DNA of 64,000 nt from an uncultured Clostridia bacterium (GTDB lineage: Bacteria > Bacillota > Clostridia > Oscillospirales > Acutalibacteraceae). Every line of letters starts with the position of its first letter. Position 1 is the first letter of the stretch. This document shows, in pieces, positions 42,355-51,588 of this stretch. Location of the stretch: NCBI GenBank assembly GCA_937901145.1, contig CALCHE010000228.1, forward strand, positions 11,709-75,708, written 5' to 3'. The notes below the pieces were generated by a model. The model saw nothing but the letters and a program-made list of their open reading frames with translations, did no database searches and was not told the DNA's origin. A program made the translations under genes and the position numbers.

Positions 42355-44991
42355 ATGAAATGGATGGGACTTAATGAAATCAGAGAGAAATATCTCTCAT
42401 TTTTCGAGAGCAAAGAGCATCTCAGACTCCCCAGCTTTTCTCTCGTGCCTCAGGGAGATAAAAGTATTCTCCTTATCAATGCAGGTATGACACCGATGAA
42501 AAAATACTTTACCGGTGAGGTGACCCCTCCCAGTAAAAGAGTAACTACCTGTCAGAAGTGTATTCGTACTCCTGACATCGAAAATGTAGGTAAAACCGCA
42601 CGTCACGGAACTTATTTCGAAATGCTCGGTAACTTCTCTTTCGGTGATTATTTTAAAAGAGAGGCTACAGCCTGGGCCTGGGAATTCTTTACCAAGGTTA
42701 TGGAGATTCCCGAAGAGCTTCTTTATGTCAGTGTTTATCTTGATGACGATGAAGCCTTCGATATCTGGACTAAGGAGGTAGGTGTTGATCCCTCCCACAT
42801 GGTTCGCTTCGGTAAGGAGGATAATTTCTGGGAGCACGGTGCAGGTCCCTGCGGTCCCTGTTCAGAGATTTATTTTGACAGAGGTCCCTCTAAGGGCTGT
42901 GGAAAGCCTGACTGTAAGGTAGGTTGTGACTGTGACAGATATATCGAGGTCTGGAACCTTGTTTTCACACAGTTTGAAAACGACGGCAACAATAACTACA
43001 CGCGTCTGGCTAATCCTAATATCGATACAGGTATGGGTCTTGAGAGACTTGCATGTGTTATGCAGGATGTTGACAATCTCTTCGAGGTTGACACCGTCCG
43101 TAATATTATGAAGCACATTATCGACATCGCAGGTATCAATTACCACGATGATGAAAAGAAGGATATTTCTCTTCGTGTTATCACCGACCACATCCGCAGC
43201 ACTACCTTTATGGTAGGTGACGGTGTTCTTCCTTCAAACAGCGGACGCGGCTATGTTCTTCGCCGACTTCTCAGAAGAGCTGCCCGTCACGGCAGGCTTA
43301 TCGGTATCGACAGACCTTTCCTTGCTGAGGTTTGCGAAACCGTTATCGCGGAGAATGCCAATGCATATCCCGAGCTTGTGGATAAGAAGGATTATATTAA
43401 AAAGGTTATTTCTATGGAAGAAGAAAGCTTCTATAAGACCATTGACTCAGGTCTCGGACTTCTTAATGAAATGATCGCAAAGTCCGAAGGCGGTGTTCTT
43501 TCAGGTGACGACGCATTCAAGCTTCAGGATACCTACGGCTTCCCCATCGATCTTACCAAGGAAATCTGTGAGGAAAAGAATATAACTGTTGATGAAGCTT
43601 CTTTCAGAAAGCTCGTTGAAGAGGCAAGACAGCTTGCAAAGAAAGGTAAGGGCGCAACTGCAGAGTCCGACTGGAGAAACACTGGTGTATCTCTTAAGGA
43701 CATTTCCGCTACCGAATTCAGAGGTTACTCAGAAAACAATGTAGAAGCCACCGTTCTTGCTATCGTTGCTGACGGTGAAAGAAAAGACTTTATCGAAGAC
43801 GGTACAGAGGCAACTCTTATTCTCGATAAAACCTCTTTCTATGCAGAAAGCGGCGGACAGGCCGGTGATACCGGTGTGATAACTGTCGGTGAAAATACCT
43901 TCGAGGTTACCAATACTACCAAGGACGCTGACGGTGTTATTCTTCATCACGGTGTACTTTCTGGTGATGCAGTTAAGGTTGGCGACAGAACGGTAGCTGC
44001 TTATTATGAATGTAAAAGAAAGGCAACGATGAGAAACCACACAGCTGCCCATCTTCTTCAGGCAGCTCTCAGAAAGGTTCTCGGTACTCATGTTGAGCAG
44101 GCAGGTCAGCTCGTTAACAGCGATATTCTCCGCTTTGACTTTACTCATTTCGCTGCAGTAACTGCAGATGAGCTTAAAGAAGTAGAAGCTATGGTAAATG
44201 AAGAAATCCTTTCTTCCGTAGAAATGCTTGTTAAAGAAATGCCTATCGATGAAGCTAAGGCTATGGGTGCTATGGCTCTCTTCGGTGAAAAATACGGTGA
44301 TGTGGTAAGAGTCGTAAAAGCAGGCGATTTCTCTACTGAACTTTGCGGCGGTACCCATGTAGAAAATACAGGTAATATCGGTCTCTTCAAAATTGTTTCC
44401 GAATCATCTGTTGCTTCAGGTGTTCGCAGAATCGAAGCAGTAACAGGTATGAATGTTATGACCTATATTGACAGCAAAAACGCTCTTATCCGTGATACTG
44501 CGGTCGCTATTAAGGCTCCTAACCCCAATGATATTGCTACTAAAGCGATTTCAGTAATGGCTGACCTTAAAGCAAAAGAAAAGGAAATCGAAAAGCTTTC
44601 AGGTGTTCTTGCTAACATCAAAACCGAGTCGATGCTCGGTAATGCTCAGGAAATCGGCGGTGTAATGCTTGTAACAGCCTTCTTTGATGACACTACTCCC
44701 GATGAGCTTCGTAATATGTGCGACCTTGTAAAGAGTAAGGGCGACAATTATGTAGGTGTAATCGCAGGTGTTCAGAAGGCTAAAGGTACAGGTAATATCT
44801 GCACCTGCTGCGGTAAGGATGCAGTGGCTAAGGGTGCCCATGCAGGTAATCTTGCCCGCGAAATCGCAAAAAAGGCAGGCGGTAACGGTGGCGGTAAGCC
44901 CGACAGCGCTATGGCAGGTGCCAAAGATATCGCGCTTCTTCCCGAAGCAGTAAAGAGTGCCGCAGAGGTTCTCACTTCTATGCTTAAATAA
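42355..44991 (+). CDS. alaS: Alanine--tRNA ligase
   Basis: 878 aa. FFESKEH, the FEMLGNFSFGDYFK motif, editing domain HTAAHLL, C-terminal DHHA1. Confidence 0.98.
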   Translation: MKWMGLNEIREKYLSFFESKEHLRLPSFSLVPQGDKSILLINAGMTPMKKYFTGEVTPPSKRVTTCQKCIRTPDIENVGKTARHGTYFEMLGNFSFGDYFKREATAWAWEFFTKVMEIPEELLYVSVYLDDDEAFDIWTKEVGVDPSHMVRFGKEDNFWEHGAGPCGPCSEIYFDRGPSKGCGKPDCKVGCDCDRYIEVWNLVFTQFENDGNNNYTRLANPNIDTGMGLERLACVMQDVDNLFEVDTVRNIMKHIIDIAGINYHDDEKKDISLRVITDHIRSTTFMVGDGVLPSNSGRGYVLRRLLRRAARHGRLIGIDRPFLAEVCETVIAENANAYPELVDKKDYIKKVISMEEESFYKTIDSGLGLLNEMIAKSEGGVLSGDDAFKLQDTYGFPIDLTKEICEEKNITVDEASFRKLVEEARQLAKKGKGATAESDWRNTGVSLKDISATEFRGYSENNVEATVLAIVADGERKDFIEDGTEATLILDKTSFYAESGGQAGDTGVITVGENTFEVTNTTKDADGVILHHGVLSGDAVKVGDRTVAAYYECKRKATMRNHTAAHLLQAALRKVLGTHVEQAGQLVNSDILRFDFTHFAAVTADELKEVEAMVNEEILSSVEMLVKEMPIDEAKAMGAMALFGEKYGDVVRVVKAGDFSTELCGGTHVENTGNIGLFKIVSESSVASGVRRIEAVTGMNVMTYIDSKNALIRDTAVAIKAPNPNDIATKAISVMADLKAKEKEIEKLSGVLANIKTESMLGNAQEIGGVMLVTAFFDDTTPDELRNMCDLVKSKGDNYVGVIAGVQKAKGTGNICTCCGKDAVAKGAHAGNLAREIAKKAGGNGGGKPDSAMAGAKDIALLPEAVKSAAEVLTSMLK

Positions 44992-45046
44992 AAAATTCTC
45001 TGTCCCTCTTTCAAAAATGGACAGTATATAAAAAGGAGAAAAAAAT

Positions 45047-45385
45047 ATGGATTGCATTTTTTGTAAAATAGCGAACGGTGAAATCCCTTCAAAAAAAGCC
45101 TACGAGGATGACAGCGTACTTGCTTTTTATGACCTCGAGCCTCAGGCTCCCGTTCATATTCTCATCATCCCCAAAGAGCATATTTCTTCCTGTGCGGATA
45201 TAACTGAAGAAAACAGTGCTGTTATTTCTCACATCTTTGAGGTTGCCGCTAAGCTCGGAAAGGAGCTTAGTCTTGATAATGGTTACAGAATCGTAAATAA
45301 CTGCGGTGAAGACGGTGGACAGACCGTTAAGCATCTTCATTTCCACCTTATGGGCGGCAGACAGTTTACCTGGCCTGCAGGCTGA
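45047..45385 (+). CDS. HIT-family (histidine triad) nucleotide hydrolase
   Basis: 112 aa. HLHFHLMGG histidine triad. Confidence 0.93.
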   Translation: MDCIFCKIANGEIPSKKAYEDDSVLAFYDLEPQAPVHILIIPKEHISSCADITEENSAVISHIFEVAAKLGKELSLDNGYRIVNNCGEDGGQTVKHLHFHLMGGRQFTWPAG

Positions 45386-45412
45386 TAATACAATTAAAGG
45401 AGTAATAAAATT

Positions 45413-45952
45413 ATGGCTACTTATAAAATGACTATCGCAGGCCTCGAAAGAGAGCTTCCGATTTGTAAGGTTAACGATAAGCTTGATATCGCAGGCTTTG
45501 TAATTTTCGGTGATGTTGAAATTACTGTCGCATCTGCCGCAGAGCTTCTTGAAAAATGTCCTGAGTTTGATTTCATCGTAGCTCCCGAAGCCAAGGCTAT
45601 TCCTTTAGCACACGAAATGTCAAGACAGAGCGGCAAGCCCTATTTTATCTGCCGTAAGGGCGCTAAGCTTTATATGCAGAGTCCCGTTTCTGTAAATGTG
45701 CGCTCAATCACTACCGATAAGGTACAGACTCTCTTCCTCGACGGTCTTGAGGGTGAAAAGATGAGAGGTAAAAAGGTGCTTGTTCTCGATGATGTTATCA
45801 GCACAGGCGAGTCTCTCCTCGCTGTGGAAAAGCTTCTTGAACAGTTTGATGTACAGATTGTCGGTAAGGCTGCTATTCTCGCAGAAGGTGATGCCGCCGA
45901 CAGAGATGATATCATCTTCCTCGAAAAGCTTCCTCTTTTCTTTCACGATTAA
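45413..45952 (+). CDS. Phosphoribosyltransferase-family protein
   Basis: 179 aa. PRPP-binding motif VLVLDDVISTGES. Confidence 0.8.
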   Translation: MATYKMTIAGLERELPICKVNDKLDIAGFVIFGDVEITVASAAELLEKCPEFDFIVAPEAKAIPLAHEMSRQSGKPYFICRKGAKLYMQSPVSVNVRSITTDKVQTLFLDGLEGEKMRGKKVLVLDDVISTGESLLAVEKLLEQFDVQIVGKAAILAEGDAADRDDIIFLEKLPLFFHD

Positions 45953-45955
45953 AAT

Positions 45956-47998
45956 ATGAAACGGCCACTTGCGTGCTTTGGCTTTACTTTGTTTGCAGTT
46001 CTGCTGTGCCTTAATCTTTTAGAAAGCACGGCTGTTTCAGTGAGCCTTCTTATCCTTGGGGCAGTATCTTTCATAATTTCATTTATAATTAAAAAGACAA
46101 GACAGACTTTGATTATTCCTACTGTTTTTGGTGGGGTAATTCTTGGCTGTCTTTTGTTTTCTGTTTTTCAGACGGAGTATAACGACACTGTAGCTTTAGT
46201 CGGTGATAATGTTTCTGTCAGTGGTGTGATTACAGAAAGACCTGAGTTTTCCCGGGAAAACAGACGTTATTACTGTGTAATCAAAGCTGATAGTGTGAGT
46301 GAAAATAAAGTCAGAACGAAACTACGTTTTTCATTTTCTGAGTCTTATGATCAAATAAATCCATCTGATTTACAGATAGGTGACATAGTAAGCTTCAGCG
46401 GTACCGTATATAAAACGGGAACCTATTCAGAATCCTCTCGGTATAGCTATAAGTCACGCGGTATATATATCGGTGCATACTCGCTTGAAAAATTTGAAGC
46501 TGAAAAGCCATTGCGAAGACCTGTAGGTTACTACATTGATTTGCTCAGACGTAGTGTTTCTGAAATTCTTATGCACGATTTTGACAACGAAAACGGTTCA
46601 CTTCTTGTTGCTGTTCTTACAGGCGATAAAAGCTATATGTCTGATGAAACCTACGACAGTTTTATTGAATCGGGCGTAGTTCACATAATGGCTGTGTCGG
46701 GACTTCATCTTTCGATATGGGTTGCGTTCCTGTCGCTCTTTATGGATTTCAGAGGCAGAAAGGGCAGGATAATGGCTGCATTGATGATTGTTTTTACTGT
46801 TTTTATGATGAATTTTGCTTGCTTTACCGGTTCGGTTAAAAGAGCGAGCGCTATGACAGTTCTTTATTTTATAGGGAAAATACTCGGCAAGAGAACAGAT
46901 GCTCTTAACAGCCTTGGCTTTGCTGCCGTATGCGGTCTTATAGTTAACCCCTTCGGTGTTTTGGACATAAGCTTTCTGCTGTCATTCTTCTCTACTATGG
47001 GCATAATTATTATGGGAGTTCCCTTAAGTGAAAAGATAGACGGTAAACTGAATATTTTCGGTGAGAGGATTAAAAGAATTCTTTCAGTTTTGTTCGCGAC
47101 AGTGTCTCTCAGCCTTTCTGTAATTATATTTGTGTTTCCTGTTTCGGTGCTTGTGCTTGGCGGTGTTTCCTTTGTGTCGCCGTTTACAAATTTGTTTTCA
47201 TTTTTAGCCGTAGCACCGCTTTTACTTCTGACAGGTCTGTATTCATTTTTGAGGTTCGTGCCCTTAGTTTCACCCTTTGTGGCAACAATAATGAAGTATT
47301 TGTCTGATTATATAATCAAAGTTGCAGATTTTGCTTCTGATTTACCTTTCGCTTATGTGAATACAGAGTTTGAAAAACTCGGATTGTGGTTTGTGGTTGC
47401 TTTTGTTTTCCTTTTGGCGGCTATGCTTTTATATAATTACAGCCGTGTTCTTATGCGCATAACTGCTATTATTTCTGCAGGAATTTTCCTTCTTTCCTTC
47501 AGTGTGAATTTTTATGCCTCGCTTGATAAGTGCAAAGTGACACTTTACGGTGAAAGCAGGGGCAGCTGTGCTGTAGTTTCTCTTAACGGTAAAGGTGTAC
47601 TTATTGGTTTTGACGGAGACAGCTACGATGAAAAAGAAATAGCAGAAGATACGGAAAGGGATAAAGTTAAAATAGAAGCTGCATTTTTTGTCGAAGATTT
47701 TATTTCGAAAGATAAAGAGTCGCTTTGCACTGCTCTGGGTGTAGAAAAAGTTCTGACCCGTGACGGAGAAAGCACGGTGCTGTTTGATAAGCTGGAAATA
47801 ATAAAAGAGGATAAAAACATAACGGTTGATACAGGCGGGATAAAAACTGAGATTTTTTCCGAAGAATATTTGCAAGATGAAAAGAAATATGATACAATAC
47901 CTTACAATGGTGAAAAATTTGTATTCTCTTTCAGAGAGAATAATCCCTACACGGTTACCGTGCTGATTTCAGGAGGTGAAAAGGATGGCAGAGTTTGA
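45956..47998 (+). CDS. comEC: ComEC/Rec2-family DNA internalisation channel protein (C-terminal nuclease domain degenerate)
   Basis: 680 aa. N-terminal TM plus OB-like region, Competence domain (GVVHIMAVSGLHLSIW), and a C-terminal region of about 170 aa without an HxHxDH motif. Confidence 0.85.
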   Translation: MKRPLACFGFTLFAVLLCLNLLESTAVSVSLLILGAVSFIISFIIKKTRQTLIIPTVFGGVILGCLLFSVFQTEYNDTVALVGDNVSVSGVITERPEFSRENRRYYCVIKADSVSENKVRTKLRFSFSESYDQINPSDLQIGDIVSFSGTVYKTGTYSESSRYSYKSRGIYIGAYSLEKFEAEKPLRRPVGYYIDLLRRSVSEILMHDFDNENGSLLVAVLTGDKSYMSDETYDSFIESGVVHIMAVSGLHLSIWVAFLSLFMDFRGRKGRIMAALMIVFTVFMMNFACFTGSVKRASAMTVLYFIGKILGKRTDALNSLGFAAVCGLIVNPFGVLDISFLLSFFSTMGIIIMGVPLSEKIDGKLNIFGERIKRILSVLFATVSLSLSVIIFVFPVSVLVLGGVSFVSPFTNLFSFLAVAPLLLLTGLYSFLRFVPLVSPFVATIMKYLSDYIIKVADFASDLPFAYVNTEFEKLGLWFVVAFVFLLAAMLLYNYSRVLMRITAIISAGIFLLSFSVNFYASLDKCKVTLYGESRGSCAVVSLNGKGVLIGFDGDSYDEKEIAEDTERDKVKIEAAFFVEDFISKDKESLCTALGVEKVLTRDGESTVLFDKLEIIKEDKNITVDTGGIKTEIFSEEYLQDEKKYDTIPYNGEKFVFSFRENNPYTVTVLISGGEKDGRV

Positions 47999-49025
47999 TG
48001 AAAAGAGCCTCAAGGCTCACATAAAAGGCGGAGATTTTCTGCCCGTGTATCTTATTTACGGTGATGAGGATTACCTTAAGAAAAACTATGTTGATATGAT
48101 TGTTTCTAAGAATGTGGAGCCTTCCTTTGAGTCCTTTAATTTCGAGAAGTATGACGGTAAAGGACTCGATCTTGATTCTGTTTTCCAGGCAGCAGCGATT
48201 ATGCCGATGATGAGCGATAAACGATGTCTGGTTATCGAGGATTTCAAGCTTGAAGGTATCAGCGAGGAAAACTTCCGTATGATGGAAAATTTCTTTGTTG
48301 ATCCTCCTGAAACTTCTATAATTATTTTCTATCAGAAAAAGCCTGATTTTTCCGCTGCTAAGGCTAAAAATGCTATAACTCTGTTTAAAAAGTTCGGTGG
48401 GGTCTGTGTTCTAAATAAAAGAACAGGCAACGACCTAATTAAGCCTCTTATTTCCTCAGCCTCCAAGCAGAAATGCACTCTCACACCACAGATGGCTAAT
48501 TATCTTGTTTCACTGTGCGGTGATGATAATAATATGCTTATCAATGAGGTGAATAAGATTTGTAACTTTGTCGGTGAGGGTGAAATAACCAAGGCTCACA
48601 TTGACGCTGTCGCTACAAAGACAGACGATGCTAAAATCTACGCACTTACTAAGGCTCTGATGAATAAGAATTTTGATGAGGCATATAAAACACTTCACTC
48701 TCTTTTCAGACAGAAAATCGAAGCGGAATATATTCTCGGTGTTATCATCAGTTCTTATGTAGATATGTACAGAGCTAAGGCTTCTCTGACTTGCGGTCAG
48801 AAGGCCGATGCATTAGCCGGTGATTTCGGTTACAGAAATCGTGCCTTTGCCCTCGGTAATGCAGGCAGAGACTCATCTAAAATCGAAATGTCAGTTATAA
48901 GAAAATGTCTCGATGAGCTCGCTAAGGCTGATAGGCAGTTAAAGACCGGTTCTTCTATGCCTGCTCTCGTTTTAGAACAGCTTATGGTAAAGCTCTTTCT
49001 TATAACAAACGGTGAAAGAGTATGA
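47985..49025 (+). CDS. holA: DNA polymerase III delta subunit
   Basis: Start moved to MAEFDEKSLK after GGAGGTG. About 346 aa. Typical position after comEC, with a YLIYGDEDYL N-terminus. Confidence 0.88.
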   Translation: MAEFDEKSLKAHIKGGDFLPVYLIYGDEDYLKKNYVDMIVSKNVEPSFESFNFEKYDGKGLDLDSVFQAAAIMPMMSDKRCLVIEDFKLEGISEENFRMMENFFVDPPETSIIIFYQKKPDFSAAKAKNAITLFKKFGGVCVLNKRTGNDLIKPLISSASKQKCTLTPQMANYLVSLCGDDNNMLINEVNKICNFVGEGEITKAHIDAVATKTDDAKIYALTKALMNKNFDEAYKTLHSLFRQKIEAEYILGVIISSYVDMYRAKASLTCGQKADALAGDFGYRNRAFALGNAGRDSSKIEMSVIRKCLDELAKADRQLKTGSSMPALVLEQLMVKLFLITNGERV

Positions 49026-49618
49026 TTAAGCTCGACAGACCCGTTATAGTAGAGGGTAAATACGATATAATAAAGCTCAGCGGAATCATCGATTCCCTGA
49101 TTATTAAAACTGACGGATTCGGTATTTTTAAGGATAAGGAAAAACAAGCGTTATTGCGAAGACTTGCAAAAGAAAAAGGGATTATTGTTCTGACTGACAG
49201 TGATTCTGCAGGCTTTCTCATACGTAATTTCATCAATTCCACTATACCGAAGGATAAAATTACTCACGTTTACATTCCCGATATTTTCGGTAAAGAGAAA
49301 AGGAAAAACGAAGCATCCAAGGAAGGAAAGCTCGGTGTAGAGGGAATCAGTGAACAGATACTTCTCGACGCTTTCGCAAAGGCGGGCGTTTTAGCCACAG
49401 AAAGTGAGAAGGAAGGAAGAAGACTGATAACTAATATTGATTTATATGAATACGGTCTTACAGGCAGAGAAAACAGCAGTGAAAAAAGGAAGCTGCTTCT
49501 TAAAAAACTTGCTTTACCTGAAAGACTTTCTACCTCGTCGCTTGTAAAGATACTCAATACCTTTGTAACCTACGAGGAATTTATTATAACACTTAAGGAG
49601 ATAGGATTATGCGAATAG
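49022..49618 (+). CDS. Toprim-domain protein, RNase M5 (RnmV)-like
   Basis: 198 aa. VIVEGKYD ... [11 protein letters not shown] Toprim acidic motifs. 4-nt overlap with holA. Confidence 0.75.
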   Translation: MIKLDRPVIVEGKYDIIKLSGIIDSLIIKTDGFGIFKDKEKQALLRRLAKEKGIIVLTDSDSAGFLIRNFINSTIPKDKITHVYIPDIFGKEKRKNEASKEGKLGVEGISEQILLDAFAKAGVLATESEKEGRRLITNIDLYEYGLTGRENSSEKRKLLLKKLALPERLSTSSLVKILNTFVTYEEFIITLKEIGLCE

Positions 49619-50085
49619 GACACGGATACGATGTTCATAAATTAGTCGAAGGCAGAGATCTTATTTTAGGCGGAGTAAAAATCCCATATGAGAAAGGCCT
49701 TTTGGGTCATTCTGACGCTGATGTTCTGCTCCATGCCGTTACTGATGCACTTTTAGGTGCAGCAGCTTTGGGAGACATTGGTAAGCTCTTTCCCGATACG
49801 GATATGCAGTACAAGGGTGCAGACAGTGTCCTACTTATGAAAACAGCCTATGAAGCGGTCAAGAGTAAAGGCTATGTCGCTGAAAATATTGACGCTACTA
49901 TTTTATGCCAGAGACCTAAGTTACGTCCGCACATCGATACTATGAGAGAAAATATCGCTTCTGCTTTAGGTATGGATATTGACTGTGTAAGTGTCAAAGC
50001 CACTACCGAGGAGGGACTCGGCTTTACAGGTGCAGGTGAGGGGATAGCAGTGCACAGTGTTTGTCTTCTTAAGAAAGGTGAATAA
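49609..50085 (+). CDS. ispF: 2-C-methyl-D-erythritol 2,4-cyclodiphosphate synthase
   Basis: 158 aa. [22 protein letters not shown]. Confidence 0.97.
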   Translation: MRIGHGYDVHKLVEGRDLILGGVKIPYEKGLLGHSDADVLLHAVTDALLGAAALGDIGKLFPDTDMQYKGADSVLLMKTAYEAVKSKGYVAENIDATILCQRPKLRPHIDTMRENIASALGMDIDCVSVKATTEEGLGFTGAGEGIAVHSVCLLKKGE

Positions 50086-50086
50086 T

Positions 50087-50437
50087 ATGAATATACAGAT
50101 TTACGGTACAAGTAAGTGCTTTGATACGAAAAAAGCACAGAGATATTTTAAGGAAAGAAACATTAAGTTTCAGTTTGTTGACCTTGCTAAATACGGAATG
50201 AGCAAGGGCGAATATCAGTCAATAAAAAGGGCACTCGGCTGTAAGCTTGAGGACTTAGTCAATGAAAAAAGTAAAAAATATGATTCATCATATATTAAAT
50301 ATCTTGCCTCGGAGGATGCTAAGGAAGAAAAGCTTTTAGAAAATCAGGAGCTTTTTAAAACTCCGATAGTAAGGAACGGTAAAAAGGCTACATTAGGCTT
50401 TTGTCCTGATGAATGGAAAAAATGGGAGAGTGAATAA
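50087..50437 (+). CDS. ArsC/Spx/YffB-family protein
   Basis: Start moved to MNIQIYGTSKCFDTKKAQRYF. 116 aa, thioredoxin-like ArsC-family N-terminus. Confidence 0.8.
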   Translation: MNIQIYGTSKCFDTKKAQRYFKERNIKFQFVDLAKYGMSKGEYQSIKRALGCKLEDLVNEKSKKYDSSYIKYLASEDAKEEKLLENQELFKTPIVRNGKKATLGFCPDEWKKWESE

Positions 50438-50439
50438 TT

Positions 50440-50655
50440 ATGGTAACACAGGCACAGATTGACAGAATAAACGAGCTCGCACGAAAGGCAAAAACACCTG
50501 AAGGTCTCACCGAAGAGGAGCAGGCTGAAAGAGCTGTTTTAAGACGTGCATATATCGATTCCTTTAAGGAAAGCCTTGTAGGTCAGCTCGAAAACACCTA
50601 CATTGTGGATGAAAAGGGCAACAAGACAAAGGTAACGAGAAAAGGAAAAAAATAA
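50440..50655 (+). CDS. DUF896/UPF0291-family small protein
   Basis: 71 aa. INELARKAKTPEGLTEEEQAERAVLRRAYIDSFK pattern typical of YnzC-like proteins. Confidence 0.8.
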   Translation: MVTQAQIDRINELARKAKTPEGLTEEEQAERAVLRRAYIDSFKESLVGQLENTYIVDEKGNKTKVTRKGKK

Positions 50656-51272
50656 TGAGCAGGACTTGTTATATTATCGGTGCGGGTGACATAACTCAGC
50701 CTGATTTCAAGGCTGGTTCGGACGATTACATCATCTGTGCTGACGGTGGTTACAGCTATAAAAATCTTCTCGGCAGAGAGTGTGACTGCGTAGTAGGAGA
50801 CTTCGATTCCTTCGGCACAGTACCTGAGACGGAGAATAAAATAGTGGCACCCTGTGAAAAGGATGAAACAGATATGATGCTTGCCGTAGATACAGGGTAT
50901 GCAAAGGGTTATCGCGATTTCGTGCTTTTAGGAGCGTTGGGTGGAGAGCGCTCTGACCATTCTGTAGCTAATATTCAGCTTCTCCATTATATCACTTCTA
51001 AAGGCGGCAGAGCTACGATAATTCACGGTGACGAGATTTTTACAGTCTTTAAGAATGACACTCTTTTTCTCAATGAAAGCCTTAAAGGCTACATTTCTGT
51101 TTTCTCACTTTCCGACGAAAGCAGGGGAGTAACACTGAAAAATCTCAAATACACTCTCCAAAATGCTAATTTAAATTCCTTTAATCCTGTAGGTGTAAGT
51201 AATGAGTTCATCGGCAAAAAAGCGGAAATCAGCGTAAAAGACGGATGTTTACTTGTTGTTTATAAAAAGTAA
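50655..51272 (+). CDS. thiN: Thiamine diphosphokinase
   Basis: 205 aa. GDFDS motif, C-terminal thiamine-binding domain. Confidence 0.88.
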   Translation: MSRTCYIIGAGDITQPDFKAGSDDYIICADGGYSYKNLLGRECDCVVGDFDSFGTVPETENKIVAPCEKDETDMMLAVDTGYAKGYRDFVLLGALGGERSDHSVANIQLLHYITSKGGRATIIHGDEIFTVFKNDTLFLNESLKGYISVFSLSDESRGVTLKNLKYTLQNANLNSFNPVGVSNEFIGKKAEISVKDGCLLVVYKK

Positions 51273-51286
51273 GGAGAACCTGTAAT

Positions 51287-51499
51287 ATGAAAAAGTTTTG
51301 CTGTGAGGATATGAAGTCTCATATTTATTTGAGATGTGAAGATAAGGTTCCGGATAATGGAGATAAAGAAGATAAACCCGTATGGTTTTATTCTGATGAT
51401 AATGAATACGGTATCCCTCTTGCTGATTTAGTCGGCGGTTTTATTTCATCGTATATTGTCATAAAATATTGCCCTTGGTGTGGCAGAAGGCTTGATTAA
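51287..51499 (+). CDS. Small hypothetical protein with C-terminal CxxC
   Basis: 70 aa. RBS AAGGAGAA. KYCPWCGRRL at the C-terminus. No family recognised. Confidence 0.55.
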   Translation: MKKFCCEDMKSHIYLRCEDKVPDNGDKEDKPVWFYSDDNEYGIPLADLVGGFISSYIVIKYCPWCGRRLD

Positions 51500-51545
51500 T
51501 AATGTGTCATACGGGATAAAATTTTGATATAAGTGTAGCAAAAAA

Positions 51546-51576
51546 ATGAGGCTGAAATCAATCAGCCTCATTTTTA
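51546..51576. terminator. Bidirectional intrinsic terminator
   Basis: ATGAGGCTGA-aatcaa-TCAGCCTCAT flanked by A6 upstream and T5 downstream. Confidence 0.85.
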
Positions 51577-51588
51577 TATGCTTATATT

